The notes below the pieces were generated by a model that worked only from the letters and a program-made list of their open reading frames with translations, was not told where the DNA came from and searched no databases. A stretch of 64,000 bases of DNA from Acidimicrobiia bacterium (GTDB lineage Bacteria; Actinomycetota; Acidimicrobiia; Spongiisociales; UBA5794): the NCBI GenBank assembly GCA_030066875.1, contig JASJAS010000005.1, forward strand, positions 6,080 through 70,079. The letters are read 5' to 3'. Each line of letters opens with the position of its first letter. The first letter of the stretch is position 1. Position numbers and translations under genes: made by a program. Positions 1 to 8,687 of the stretch are shown here, piece by piece.

Positions 1-1377
1 AGCGCCGATGTGTTGTGGGACAGCGGGGCTTACACCGCGTATACCGTCGGCGTTGCCATCCGTGGTTCACAGACCATCGTCGGTCCGTACCGAATTCCCA
101 ATGTCAAGATCCGGTCGCGCCAGGTCTACACCAACAAGGCCATCACCGGTTCATATCGCGGCTACGGCACGACCCAAGTCACCTGGGCCTGCGAGTCGCA
201 GATGGACGAAATCGCCAACGAGCTCGGGATCGACCCGGTCGTTTTCAGACTCCAGAACGGCTACGAAGAGGGCGATCCGTACCTCAACGGCCAGATCATG
301 CACGGCGTCGGGTTGCGGGAGACAATCGAAACCGCGCGTGACGAGATTGGGTGGGGTTCTGTTGAGCGCAAGCCGGCGCCACATCTGCGACGTGGCAAAG
401 GCTTGGCAACGATGATCAAACCGACCTTGACGCCGTCCAGTTCCAATGTTGTCATCAACCTGGGCCAGGACGGCAGGGTCCAGGTCGTGTGTGCAGCTCC
501 CGAGGTGGGCTCCGGACAGGACACGGTGCTGGCACAGATGGCAGCCGATGCCGTGGGTGTTCCGATCGACGTCGTCTCGGTACCGGCGACCGACACCGCA
601 CTGACACCGTACAACGGGCCCGTGGCGTCGAGCCGAACTACCTACCACATGGGAAACGCCATTGTCGCTGCCGGCGCTGAGATAAGAGAGAAGGTGCTCG
701 GTCTAGCCGCCGACTTCTTCGGGACAGACGCGGACTACCTCGAGATGTACGACGGGGAGATACGCGACGAAAACGGCGAACTTCTCATAACTCTCAAGGA
801 CTTGCTCGCCAGGCACCAGAGTGAGGGCTACGCGCTGACCGCGGGCGGGCGATACTCGTCAACCGGATCGCCCTTGCTGAAGGCAAACCCGGGGGAGGAG
901 TGGATCAGCAGCATCTTCTGGATGCTCTGCACCCAGGCAGCCGAGATCGAGGTCGACACCGAAACCGGCGTGATTCGCGTTATCAAGGTGGCAGCGTCGG
1001 CCGACGTGGGCAAAGCGATCAACCCAATGACCTGTGAGCAGCAGGTCGAGGGCGGGGTCGTCATGGGCCTCTCGAACGGGCTATTCGAGGACTTCAAGAT
1101 CGACAACGGTCGCATCGAGAACGCCTCCCTTGTCGATTACAAGGTGGCCACGATCGAGGATATGCCGGAGATCGTCCCGATTCTGGTCGAGTCCGTTCAC
1201 AATGAAGCGCCCTTCGGTGCCAAGGGAATCGGCGAACCGGCCGCAGCAGCGACTCCGCCGGCGATCGCCAATGCGCTGTTCGATGCTGTAGGGATTCGTA
1301 TTCGCGACTTGCCGATCACCCCGGAAAAGGTGCTTGCCGCCCTAGCCGAGAAGGCGGCCACCGAGCCAGGGGACTAG
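1..1377 (+). CDS. Xanthine dehydrogenase/aldehyde oxidase-family molybdopterin-binding large subunit, C-terminal part (5' end lies outside the window)
   Basis: Frame 1 is open from base 1 to the stop at 1375-1377. The translation carries XDH-family C-terminal hallmarks (YRGYGTTQV, APFGAKGIGEPAAAATPPAIANAL). The listed ORF 10..1377 begins only at the first in-frame start codon. Confidence 0.85.
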   Translation, partial: SADVLWDSGAYTAYTVGVAIRGSQTIVGPYRIPNVKIRSRQVYTNKAITGSYRGYGTTQVTWACESQMDEIANELGIDPVVFRLQNGYEEGDPYLNGQIMHGVGLRETIETARDEIGWGSVERKPAPHLRRGKGLATMIKPTLTPSSSNVVINLGQDGRVQVVCAAPEVGSGQDTVLAQMAADAVGVPIDVVSVPATDTALTPYNGPVASSRTTYHMGNAIVAAGAEIREKVLGLAADFFGTDADYLEMYDGEIRDENGELLITLKDLLARHQSEGYALTAGGRYSSTGSPLLKANPGEEWISSIFWMLCTQAAEIEVDTETGVIRVIKVAASADVGKAINPMTCEQQVEGGVVMGLSNGLFEDFKIDNGRIENASLVDYKVATIEDMPEIVPILVESVHNEAPFGAKGIGEPAAAATPPAIANALFDAVGIRIRDLPITPEKVLAALAEKAATEPGD

Positions 1378-1384
1378 CTCCGGA

Positions 1385-1398
1385 GAGCGGCGCCGCTC
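1385..1398 (+). terminator. Short GC-rich perfect inverted repeat GAGCGGC/GCCGCTC just after the stop codon
   Basis: Seen directly 8 nt downstream of the 1377 stop. There is no T-tract, so it is only a weak terminator candidate. Confidence 0.25.
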
Positions 1399-1538
1399 CC
1401 AACCCAACTGCTCCTGCGAACTGTTCCTGCGGACATCGAACTGATCTTGCGGACATAACGCCGGGATAGCGGTGGTATATCCGCAAGAAGAGTGGATCGA
1501 CCCAGTCCCGCGCGGGAGCAAGCGCAACCCATCATCAT

Positions 1539-1554
1539 GGATTATCGATTATCG
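1539..1554. promoter_or_regulatory. Operator-like site S1 (GGATTATCGATTATCG)
   Basis: Contains the recurrent 11-mer ATCGATTATCG. It is intergenic, 66 bp upstream of the ATG at 1620, and overlaps the -35 position relative to TAGAAT at 1565-1570. Confidence 0.6.
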
Positions 1555-1619
1555 GTGATCCGGCTAGAATGGCTGTGTCCTGTAGCGCGGTCGGAGGGCC
1601 GTATCGGAAGGAGACAGCA

Positions 1620-2630
1620 ATGCTCAAGGTCGCCCAGGTAGGTCTCGGCTGGTGGGGAGCTCAGGTCACCAAGGTCTTGCAGGGAAGCGAGAAGATCGAG
1701 GTCATTTGTGGGGTGGATCCGGCGCAACCCATTGCCGACAAGTACACGGCGGATTTCGGGCTCTCTGTCTACTCCGACTACCAGGAAGCCCTGGACGATC
1801 CGGCCGTCGAAGGCGTGATTCTCACCATTCCACACCGGCTTCACGAGTCGATGCTGTTGCAAGCGGTCGCCGCGGGGAAGCAGGTCTTTTGCGAGAAGCC
1901 GCTGTCGCTCGACGTCGCCAGCGCCAGACGAATGATCCAGGCGTGCGACGACGCCGGGCTCGTGATGGGCATCGGTCATGAGCGGCGTTTCGAGCCGGCC
2001 TGGGAAGAGATGAAGCGGATGGCGGACGCCGGCGAGTTTGGCACAATCCTCCATATGGAAGCCCATTGGAGCCACGACCGGTGGCTCAACATGGCGGCGG
2101 ACAACTGGCGGGGGAGCAAGGAAGAGTCGCCGGCAGCAGGTTGGACTGGGATGGGCGTGCACCTGAGCGACATGATGCTCAGCTTGGCGGGTGAGGTAGT
2201 CGAGGTGCACACTCACGTCGAGAAGCGCATCCTCGCCATTCCCACCGGAGACGTCGTCTCGGTTCACTTCAAGTTTGCCGACGGTTCCACCGGCCACATC
2301 GCCGCACTCTCAGCGACACCCGACTATGCGCGACTGGCGGTCTTCGGCAGCCACGCATGGGCCGAGGCGCGGGAGACCCAGCATGTTGATCCCGGCGGAA
2401 CCACCAACTTCTACCTGAGGCGACGTGGTGACGCAGAGCAAACCCGAACCGACTTCGAACCTGCCAGCCCGGTCAAGGCCGGCTACGAACACTGGGCCGA
2501 TGCAGTCGCCGGTCGGGTCGAGTACCGGTTCAGCAACGAAGAGAGACTCGGCAACGTGGCGATTCTGGAGTCGTTGGTGCGCTCATCTGAGACAGGCCAA
2601 CCGGAGCCGGTACAGAGATTTGCCGAGTGA
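1620..2630 (+). CDS. Gfo/Idh/MocA-family NAD(P)-dependent oxidoreductase
   Basis: N-terminal Rossmann motif MLKVAQVGLGWWG, then FCEKPL and GHERRFEP motifs. GGAAGGAG RBS precedes the ATG at 1620. The ORF-track start at 1569 is probably an upstream extension. Confidence 0.85.
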   Translation: MLKVAQVGLGWWGAQVTKVLQGSEKIEVICGVDPAQPIADKYTADFGLSVYSDYQEALDDPAVEGVILTIPHRLHESMLLQAVAAGKQVFCEKPLSLDVASARRMIQACDDAGLVMGIGHERRFEPAWEEMKRMADAGEFGTILHMEAHWSHDRWLNMAADNWRGSKEESPAAGWTGMGVHLSDMMLSLAGEVVEVHTHVEKRILAIPTGDVVSVHFKFADGSTGHIAALSATPDYARLAVFGSHAWAEARETQHVDPGGTTNFYLRRRGDAEQTRTDFEPASPVKAGYEHWADAVAGRVEYRFSNEERLGNVAILESLVRSSETGQPEPVQRFAE

Positions 2631-2673
2631 GCTTAAGGCTCCGTTCGGCTGCTTGGACACGTAGGATCAGGAG

Positions 2674-2703
2674 TTGACGTGAAGGCAGGTTCATCCGTAG
2701 TCT
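2674..2703 (+). promoter_or_regulatory. Sigma-70-like promoter candidate TTGACG-18-TAGTCT
   Basis: Hexamers read directly. The -10 ends 3 nt before operator site S2. Confidence 0.35.
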
Positions 2704-2705
2704 AT

Positions 2706-2721
2706 GCGTGATCGATTATCG
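2706..2721. promoter_or_regulatory. Operator-like site S2 (GCGTGATCGATTATCG)
   Basis: Contains ATCGATTATCG. It is intergenic and lies immediately downstream of a candidate -10, about 283 bp upstream of the ATG at 3004. Confidence 0.55.
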
Positions 2722-3003
2722 AGGATCGTTGTGGATCATGGTCGAGAGCCAATGAGGGCAGGCTGTTCCGCTCGCCTCGAACGTCCCTGCAGATTCGTTT
2801 GCTCCCCAAGCAGCACTCACGTCTTTCCGCTGTCAATGCTGTTTCGCCGTGCGGAACAGACATCATCCGTCACCGGCTGTCGGTCGCGGCGCGTCCCGAG
2901 GGAGCCGCACCGAGATCGCCGCGATCACGAAGGGAGATGAAGCGCAACCTTGGCCGCTGACGGCCATCAGGACACGTAGTTGGACAGGAAGGAGATCCGC
3001 CGT

Positions 3004-4761
3004 ATGGCAGATACCAGCAAGGTAGTTGCCCAGTTCCTGGGTGACGAGAGTTTTCCGATCGAGTGGGAGAACGAGAAGGAAAAGGATCTGTTCTGGGTCT
3101 ACGACGACCTGCATTGCCCGCGGCCGGTGTCGCCGATGTACGACGACATCGCCAACTGGGTGAACACGTGCGATCACATGTTCCGCAGGTTCGGCACGCC
3201 GTTTGCCTCAGACTGGGTCAAGAAGATTGTCAACGGGTACCTGTACACCGCAGCGATCCCGTGTGATCCCGACATGGCCGTTCCGGCCACCGAATTCGCC
3301 AACGTCTACTACCCGCGGGTCCCCAAGGATGATCCCGAGTATGCGGCCAAGATTGGCGCCTACCTGGGTGCAGTGCTTCCGACATACGGTTCGAACTTCC
3401 CGGACTGGTGGCACAACCGTCTCGTCCCAGAGATGGACGCCAACCTGAAGTACCTCGAGTCGAAGATCGACATGTGGGAAGACATCCCGCTCATGGAGTG
3501 GGCAACGATTCTCGAAGATGCCATCGACATCGTGGACAGGCACTGGAAGATCCACTGGATGCTCAACTTCTCGCAGCTGTCGGCAACCTTGGCCTTGCGC
3601 GGAGCGCTCGGGGCCGCGTTGGGTGGCGAGGACAAGATCACCCAGAAGCATGAGGAGATTCTGGGCAGGCTGCAGAACTCGGCCGCGGACCGGAACTGGG
3701 ACGCCATCGAGGTGCTGGTCGGGCTCAAGGATGAGGTCAAGGGCGATCCCGTCCTCTCCGAGGCTTTCACTAACGAAGCCGGTGCAGATATTCTCGCGGC
3801 TCTCGAGGCCACCGATCGGGGCAAGGTATTCCTCGCCGGCGGTTTCAAGGCCTACCAGCGCGAGTTTGGCTGGCACGCGGTGTGGAGCCATGAGTTCATC
3901 TACCCCTCACGCTTTGAGACACCGGAGCCGGTGCTCGACGTGATCAAGGGCTATCTGGACTCCGATTACGACCACAGGCCAGTCGTAGCGCACCTGAAGG
4001 AAGACATCCAGGCAGCGTCGCTAGAGCTGCTTGAGGGTATTCCGGAGGGGCCAGAGCTCGATGCTTTGAAGGCCGCCAACGAGATCAACCTGAAGATGGC
4101 TCCGCTCACCCCGGATCACCACTTCTACATCGATCAGGGCACGCACCAGCACACCCGGGTCGTGTTGATCTGCATTGGCCGTCACCTGGTCAAGATGGGT
4201 CTGCTCAACGAGCCGGACGATGTCATCTACATGAAGTACAACGAGCTGCGCTATCTGATGGGCGATCCCAGCCTCATCGATGCCAAGGCCGTTGTTGCCG
4301 AGCGCCGGCGTATCCGCGCCGAGCAAGAGAAGATCCGGCCGCCGGACTTCATCGGTACTGCGACCGAAGATCAGCTCGCCTTCCCGTATCTGAATCTGTG
4401 GGGCTTCCCGGAGAAGCTGCACCACGATACGGAGACCAAGGGTCGGATTGAAGGTCTCGGCGTTTCGCCTGGTGTCATCGAGGCGACCGCCAAGGTCGTG
4501 GCCTCGCCGGCAGAGTTCGACGAGGTCAAGCAGGGCGACATCCTGGTTTGTCAGATGACGAACCCGGCGTGGACTCCCTTGTTCGCCATCATCGGCGGCA
4601 TCGTTTGTGACGCCGGCGGCATGGTGGCGCATCCGGCCGTCATGGCTCGCGAGTTCGGCATCCCCGGCGTCACCGGGACTGCGATTGCCACCCGCGAGAT
4701 CAAGACCGGCGACCGGCTCCGTGTTGACGGATCCAACGGTGTTGTGGAGATCCTCGGATAG
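3004..4761 (+). CDS. PEP-utilizing-enzyme family protein: non-canonical N-terminal region plus C-terminal swivel phosphohistidine domain, with no ATP-grasp and no PEP/pyruvate TIM barrel
   Basis: The C-terminus reads GVSPGVIEATAKVV..GDILVCQMTNPAWTPLF..GGMVAHPAVMAREFGIPGVTG, the mobile-domain signature with the His at codon 543. AGGAAGGAG RBS precedes the ATG at 3004. Confidence 0.8.
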   Translation: MADTSKVVAQFLGDESFPIEWENEKEKDLFWVYDDLHCPRPVSPMYDDIANWVNTCDHMFRRFGTPFASDWVKKIVNGYLYTAAIPCDPDMAVPATEFANVYYPRVPKDDPEYAAKIGAYLGAVLPTYGSNFPDWWHNRLVPEMDANLKYLESKIDMWEDIPLMEWATILEDAIDIVDRHWKIHWMLNFSQLSATLALRGALGAALGGEDKITQKHEEILGRLQNSAADRNWDAIEVLVGLKDEVKGDPVLSEAFTNEAGADILAALEATDRGKVFLAGGFKAYQREFGWHAVWSHEFIYPSRFETPEPVLDVIKGYLDSDYDHRPVVAHLKEDIQAASLELLEGIPEGPELDALKAANEINLKMAPLTPDHHFYIDQGTHQHTRVVLICIGRHLVKMGLLNEPDDVIYMKYNELRYLMGDPSLIDAKAVVAERRRIRAEQEKIRPPDFIGTATEDQLAFPYLNLWGFPEKLHHDTETKGRIEGLGVSPGVIEATAKVVASPAEFDEVKQGDILVCQMTNPAWTPLFAIIGGIVCDAGGMVAHPAVMAREFGIPGVTGTAIATREIKTGDRLRVDGSNGVVEILG

Positions 4762-4767
4762 AAACAA

Positions 4768-4820
4768 CCCGCGATGAGTGAGTGCGCCCGGGCAAGACCC
4801 GGGCGCACGCTCATTGCGGG
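4768..4820 (+). terminator. Long imperfect hairpin (core GTGCGCCCGGG-caaga-CCCGGGCGCAC) after the swivel-His gene
   Basis: Inverted repeat read directly, starting 7 nt after the stop at 4761. Confidence 0.6.
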
Positions 4821-4847
4821 GGAGATCGACGACCGGGCCGCTTTTAC

Positions 4848-4876
4848 TCGACTTTCCCCCAGGTACGTGATATTCT
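4848..4876 (+). promoter_or_regulatory. Promoter candidate TCGACT-17-TATTCT
   Basis: Hexamers read directly. The -10 ends 1 nt before operator site S3. Confidence 0.35.
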
Positions 4877-4892
4877 CGATAATCGATTATCG
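4877..4892. promoter_or_regulatory. Operator-like site S3, perfect 16-bp palindrome CGATAATCGATTATCG
   Basis: Perfect dyad symmetry. It is intergenic, 42 bp upstream of the ATG at 4934. Confidence 0.7.
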
Positions 4893-4933
4893 GGGAATCT
4901 GGGTTTTGGCGAGGGATGAGAAGGAGCGACGAC

Positions 4934-6448
4934 ATGGCTGAACGCCTCAAGTATCTGGTTGGTGGCGAGTGGAGAGACACCACGAGCGGCGAGTATTACC
5001 CAATCACCAACAGCAGCACCGGCGAGGTCATGGCCGAGGCGCCCCGCTGTACCGCTGAAGAGGTCGATGCGGCCGTTGAAGCTGCCGCCGCTGCTTTCCC
5101 CGCTTGGAGAGATACGCCGATAACCAGGCGAGTCCAGGTCATGTTCAAGATGAAGATGCTGCTCGAGGACAATCTTCACGATCTCGCCAAGCTGTTGGCC
5201 ACCGAGATGGGCAAGACCTATGCCGAGGCCAGAGGCGATGTCCTCAAAGCCATTGAGGTTGTTGAGCTAGCGTGTGCGGTTCCCGTGACCATGCAGGGTG
5301 ATTCACTCATGAACGTCGCCGAGGGCTACGACACGGTCACGTTCCGCGAGCCGCTCGGTGTGTTTGCCGGAATTGTGCCGTGGAACTTCCCGGCGATGAT
5401 CCCGATGGGGTGGATGACCCCGCTGGCGATTACCACCGGAAACACGTTCGTACTGAAGGCGGCGTCGTTCGTACCGCAGACGGCGATGGCCATCGCCAAG
5501 CTGTTCGAGGAGGCCGGATTGCCCCCCGGAGTCTTCAACCTCGTCACCTGCTCGCGGCACGAGGCAGAGCGGCTGCTGGTTCATCCCAAGGTGCAAGGCG
5601 TGAGCTTTGTCGGCTCCACAGCGGTTGGGATGCACATCTACTCGACTGCGGCTGCCAACGGCAAGCGTGTCCAGGCTCTCACGGAGGCCAAGAATCACGC
5701 GTTGGTGATGCGTGATGCGCCGATCCGGGCTACAGCCCAGCGCATCATCAACTCTGCGTTTGGTTGCGCCGGCGAACGCTGCATGGCGCTGCCGGCGATT
5801 GCTGTTGAGGAAGAGATCGCCGACGAATTGGTGGCGACCATCGCCGAGCTCGCCCAGGAGCGCAGAGTGGGTCCGGCCTACGAGGAAGACACCGAGATGG
5901 GACCTCTGGTCAATGAGGGACACAAGGAGTTCGTCCTCAACTGGATCGACAAGTCTGTTGATGAGGGCGCAAAACTCGTCCTCGACGGGCGCGACCTCAA
6001 GGTCGAAGGCTTCGAAAACGGGTTCTTCGTTGGCCCGACCGTCTTCGACTTCGTCACCCCAGAGATGACTTGCGGCAATGAGGAGGTATTTGGGCCCGTC
6101 CTCTATGTGAAGCGGGTCAAGTCCTTCGATGAGGGTCTCGAGCTGATCAACTCGAGCGAGTTCGCCAATGGGGCGACGATCTTCACCCAGAGCGGACACT
6201 ATGCCCGCGAGTTTGCCCGCCGCATCGATGCGGGAATGGTTGGCGTCAACGTCGGCATTCCCGTTCCGATCTCGGTGTTCCCGTTCAGCGGACACAAGAA
6301 CAGCTTCTTCGGCGATCTCCACGTCATGGGCCGCGACGGCGTCCTGTTCTATACAGAGACCAAGGCAGTCACCAGCTTCTGGTTCGACGAGGAAGCAATG
6401 AAGGGCGACAAAGTCGGCACCTGGGAGGGAACCATCACTCGAACTTGA
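4934..6448 (+). CDS. mmsA: Aldehyde dehydrogenase, CoA-acylating methylmalonate-semialdehyde dehydrogenase-like
   Basis: ALDH motifs VPWNFP and FGCAGERCMALP (catalytic Cys in the MMSDH-type ERCMA context). AAGGAG RBS at 4921-4926. Confidence 0.75.
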   Translation: MAERLKYLVGGEWRDTTSGEYYPITNSSTGEVMAEAPRCTAEEVDAAVEAAAAAFPAWRDTPITRRVQVMFKMKMLLEDNLHDLAKLLATEMGKTYAEARGDVLKAIEVVELACAVPVTMQGDSLMNVAEGYDTVTFREPLGVFAGIVPWNFPAMIPMGWMTPLAITTGNTFVLKAASFVPQTAMAIAKLFEEAGLPPGVFNLVTCSRHEAERLLVHPKVQGVSFVGSTAVGMHIYSTAAANGKRVQALTEAKNHALVMRDAPIRATAQRIINSAFGCAGERCMALPAIAVEEEIADELVATIAELAQERRVGPAYEEDTEMGPLVNEGHKEFVLNWIDKSVDEGAKLVLDGRDLKVEGFENGFFVGPTVFDFVTPEMTCGNEEVFGPVLYVKRVKSFDEGLELINSSEFANGATIFTQSGHYAREFARRIDAGMVGVNVGIPVPISVFPFSGHKNSFFGDLHVMGRDGVLFYTETKAVTSFWFDEEAMKGDKVGTWEGTITRT

Positions 6449-6500
6449 TCCCCCCAACAGACCGGTCCGACCCGTCGCCCCGACGGGAAACCGGTCGATA

Positions 6501-6564
6501 GTCACGGACCCCTCCCCGTGACTGTGATCCCGGGCCACACACCGTCGTCGCGTGGCCCGGGATC
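6501..6564. terminator. Two adjacent hairpins between convergent genes (GTCACGG..CCGTGAC and GATCCCGGGCCAC..GTGGCCCGGGATC)
   Basis: A 7-bp and a 13-bp perfect stem, read directly. They lie between the mmsA-like stop (6448) and the E1-beta stop (6593). Confidence 0.6.
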
Positions 6565-6592
6565 CCTGCGTCTGGGCTCGATGTCGGAGCAG

Positions 6593-7567
6593 CTATCCGG
6601 ACATGGCTGAGATCGCGTCGACCACACGTTCTACCGACGGGATGGCCAGGTCTTCTAGCTCGCCGGCCGCCGGGAGGGGGATGTGTGGAGTGGTGACGCG
6701 GACAATGGGGCCGTCCAGATCCCAGAAGGCCTCCTCGGCGACGAGTGACGAGATCTCGGCACCCCAGCCCACCAGACGTGGGTTCTCCTCGACCGTGGCA
6801 AGCCGGGTGGTCTTGGCAACCGAATTCAAGATCGTCTGCGTGTCCAGAGGGACGAGCGAGCGTAGGTCAATGACCTCCGCCGAGATACCCAACCCGCCGA
6901 GAATCTTGGCGGCGTCGAGAGCGGTGTGAACCATGGCCGCCAGAGCGACGATCGTCACGTCATCGCCCTCACGCAGGACCCGTGCCGTGCCGAGGGTGTC
7001 GACGATTTCGCCGTCCGGGACTTCACCCTTGGTAGCAAACAGTGCTTTGTGCTCAAAGACAATCACCGGATCGGGGTCGCGGATCGCAGCAGCCATCAGG
7101 CCGATGACGTCGGCCGGAGTGGCCGGCGCCACTACCTTGAGGCCGGGAACTGCCATCGCCCAATTCTCGAGACTCTGGGCGTGCTGACCGCCAAAGCGAG
7201 ATCCGCCACCATTGGCCGTGCGAATCACCAGCGGCAGCTCGACTTGTCCGCCCGTCATGTACCGGGTCTTGGCGATCTGGTTGGCGACTATGTCCCAACA
7301 TGTCGCCAAGAAGTCGCTGAACATCAACTCCCCAACCGGAATCAGGCCGTTCATAGCGGCCCCCATGATCATTCCGGTGATGGCCTCCTCCGAGATAGGA
7401 GTGTCACGTACTCGCGTGGGTCCAAACTGCTCGTAGAGCCCAACCGTGGTCTTGAAGACGCCGCCGGCCTTGGCGACATCTTCGCCAATGAGGACAACAC
7501 GCTCATCGCGCTCCATCTCCTGGGCGAGCCCGCGGGCCACAGCGTCGCGATAACTCAGTTCCGCCAT
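6593..7567 (-). CDS. TPP-dependent 2-oxoacid/acetoin dehydrogenase E1 component, beta subunit
   Basis: MAELSYRDAVARGLAQEMERDERVVLIGEDV is a typical E1-beta N-terminus. The start at 7567 overlaps the alpha-subunit stop. The ORF-track start at 7759 is an upstream extension. Confidence 0.85.
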   Translation of the reverse strand: MAELSYRDAVARGLAQEMERDERVVLIGEDVAKAGGVFKTTVGLYEQFGPTRVRDTPISEEAITGMIMGAAMNGLIPVGELMFSDFLATCWDIVANQIAKTRYMTGGQVELPLVIRTANGGGSRFGGQHAQSLENWAMAVPGLKVVAPATPADVIGLMAAAIRDPDPVIVFEHKALFATKGEVPDGEIVDTLGTARVLREGDDVTIVALAAMVHTALDAAKILGGLGISAEVIDLRSLVPLDTQTILNSVAKTTRLATVEENPRLVGWGAEISSLVAEEAFWDLDGPIVRVTTPHIPLPAAGELEDLAIPSVERVVDAISAMSG

Positions 7568-8538
7568 GACGAGCCTCCATCGGCCCAGACGTCGGTCAGG
7601 AGTACGGCCGGATCGGGTGGGGGAGCGTTCTTCGAGGCCTCGGTAGCCGCGTCCACCTCGGCGGCTGCCTTGGCTTCGATCTCGTCGAGCTTCGCCGGCT
7701 CGACCCCCAACGACAACAGGCGTTCCCGGTAGATGTCGATGGGATCGCGCTTCAGCCACTCCTCGACTTCCTCGTCGGGCCGGTACTTCCCCGGATCAGC
7801 CCTCGAGTGTCCTTTGTGCCGATAGGTGAGCGCTTCTATCAGAGAGGGGCCCTCACCGGCGCGGGCCCGCTGGTAGGCGGCTACCGCGACTTCGTAGACG
7901 GCATCGGCGTCATTTCCGTCGACGACGATCCCTTCGAGACCGTATGCGGAGGCCCGATCGGCGGCGGGATGCTCGACCGCGATCACGTCGCTGATCGCCG
8001 TGTATTCCATGTAGAGGTTGTTCTCACAGACGAACACCACCGGGAGATCCCAGACGGCGGCCATATTGAGCGACTCGTGAAACGCCCCGATGTTGGTGGT
8101 CCCATCTCCGAAGAAACACACGGAAACCTGATCCGTACCTCGCAACTGCGCCGCCCACGCCGCTCCTGCCGCCACCGGTAAGTGGGCTCCGACTATGGCG
8201 TACGAGCCCATCGCGCCCTTACTCACGTCGGTGAGATGCATCGAGCCGCCTTTGGCCTCGCAGATGCCGTTCGAACGTCCCATCAGTTCACCCATCAGGG
8301 CGTTCATGGGTGCGCCCCGCAAGAGTGTGTGGTTGTGACCGCGGTAGGTGCAATACGACATGTCGTCGGGCTGCATGGCGACCGCGAACCCAGCAGCCAC
8401 GGCTTCCTGGCCGAGGCCCAGGTGCGTGGTGCCCTTGACGAGTCCTTGCATGAACAGGTCGTAGGCGCGCTTCTCGAAGTAACGGGCGCGCACCATGCCG
8501 TCATACATTGCCAGCCTGATGTCTAGTGCTATCTCCAT
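7555..8538 (-). CDS. TPP-dependent 2-oxoacid/acetoin dehydrogenase E1 component, alpha subunit
   Basis: TPP-binding motif GDGTTNIGAFHESLNMAAVWDLPVVFVCENN. Confidence 0.85.
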   Translation of the reverse strand: MEIALDIRLAMYDGMVRARYFEKRAYDLFMQGLVKGTTHLGLGQEAVAAGFAVAMQPDDMSYCTYRGHNHTLLRGAPMNALMGELMGRSNGICEAKGGSMHLTDVSKGAMGSYAIVGAHLPVAAGAAWAAQLRGTDQVSVCFFGDGTTNIGAFHESLNMAAVWDLPVVFVCENNLYMEYTAISDVIAVEHPAADRASAYGLEGIVVDGNDADAVYEVAVAAYQRARAGEGPSLIEALTYRHKGHSRADPGKYRPDEEVEEWLKRDPIDIYRERLLSLGVEPAKLDEIEAKAAAEVDAATEASKNAPPPDPAVLLTDVWADGGSSWRN

Positions 8539-8641
8539 AGGGCCTCCACGTTACTTAGGACAGAGACATGGTAAAACTTGGGCTGACTGTTGCCGCATAG
8601 TCCACACCGGCCGAGGCGGGCGGTTTTGCCGCCTCTTTGGG

Positions 8642-8670
8642 TTGCGAATACATGCTAGAGCCCGTATCCT
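8642..8670 (+). promoter_or_regulatory. Promoter candidate TTGCGA-17-TATCCT
   Basis: Hexamers read directly. The -10 ends 1 nt before operator site S4. Confidence 0.35.
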
Positions 8671-8671
8671 T

Positions 8672-8687
8672 CAGTAATCGATTATCG
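8672..8687. promoter_or_regulatory. Operator-like site S4 (CAGTAATCGATTATCG) in a divergent intergenic region
   Basis: Contains TAATCGATTATCG. It lies between the E1-alpha start (8538, minus) and the UPF0261 start (8887, plus). Confidence 0.6.

Noticed and set aside
4021-4983. 320-aa minus-strand ORF. Similar long ORFs antisense to recognised genes include 3208-3891, 5303-6538, 6926-7732, 9411-10115, 14113-14736, 18142-18838, 20060-20698, 24379-25035, 25617-26297, 27692-28489, 28264-29100, 36822-37580, 37617-38564, 47264-48127, 57118-57822, 57915-58805, 60094-60870 and 60389-60970.
   Set aside because: Each lies opposite a gene with clear family motifs. Their products are Arg/Pro/Gly/Ser-rich and low in complexity, as expected for stop-poor antisense frames in GC-rich DNA. 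None has an RBS or a recognisable domain.
1620-6448. Idea that Gfo/Idh/MocA (iolG-like) plus the MmsA-like gene (iolA-like) mark a myo-inositol catabolic cluster.
   Set aside because: No iolB, iolC, iolD or iolE equivalents (isomerase, kinase, TPP hydrolase, dehydratase) are present anywhere in the window.
6593-7759. N-terminal extensions in the ORF track. Examples are E1-beta to 7759, LLM to 22749, PHP to 25256, the transketolase N-subunit to 29939, C_GCAxxG to 31061, PflX to 45619, acylphosphatase to 45986 and thioredoxin-like to 51674.
   Set aside because: The extensions are Arg/Pro-rich and overlap upstream genes. Internal starts with good RBS give canonical family N-termini, so the shorter coordinates are reported.
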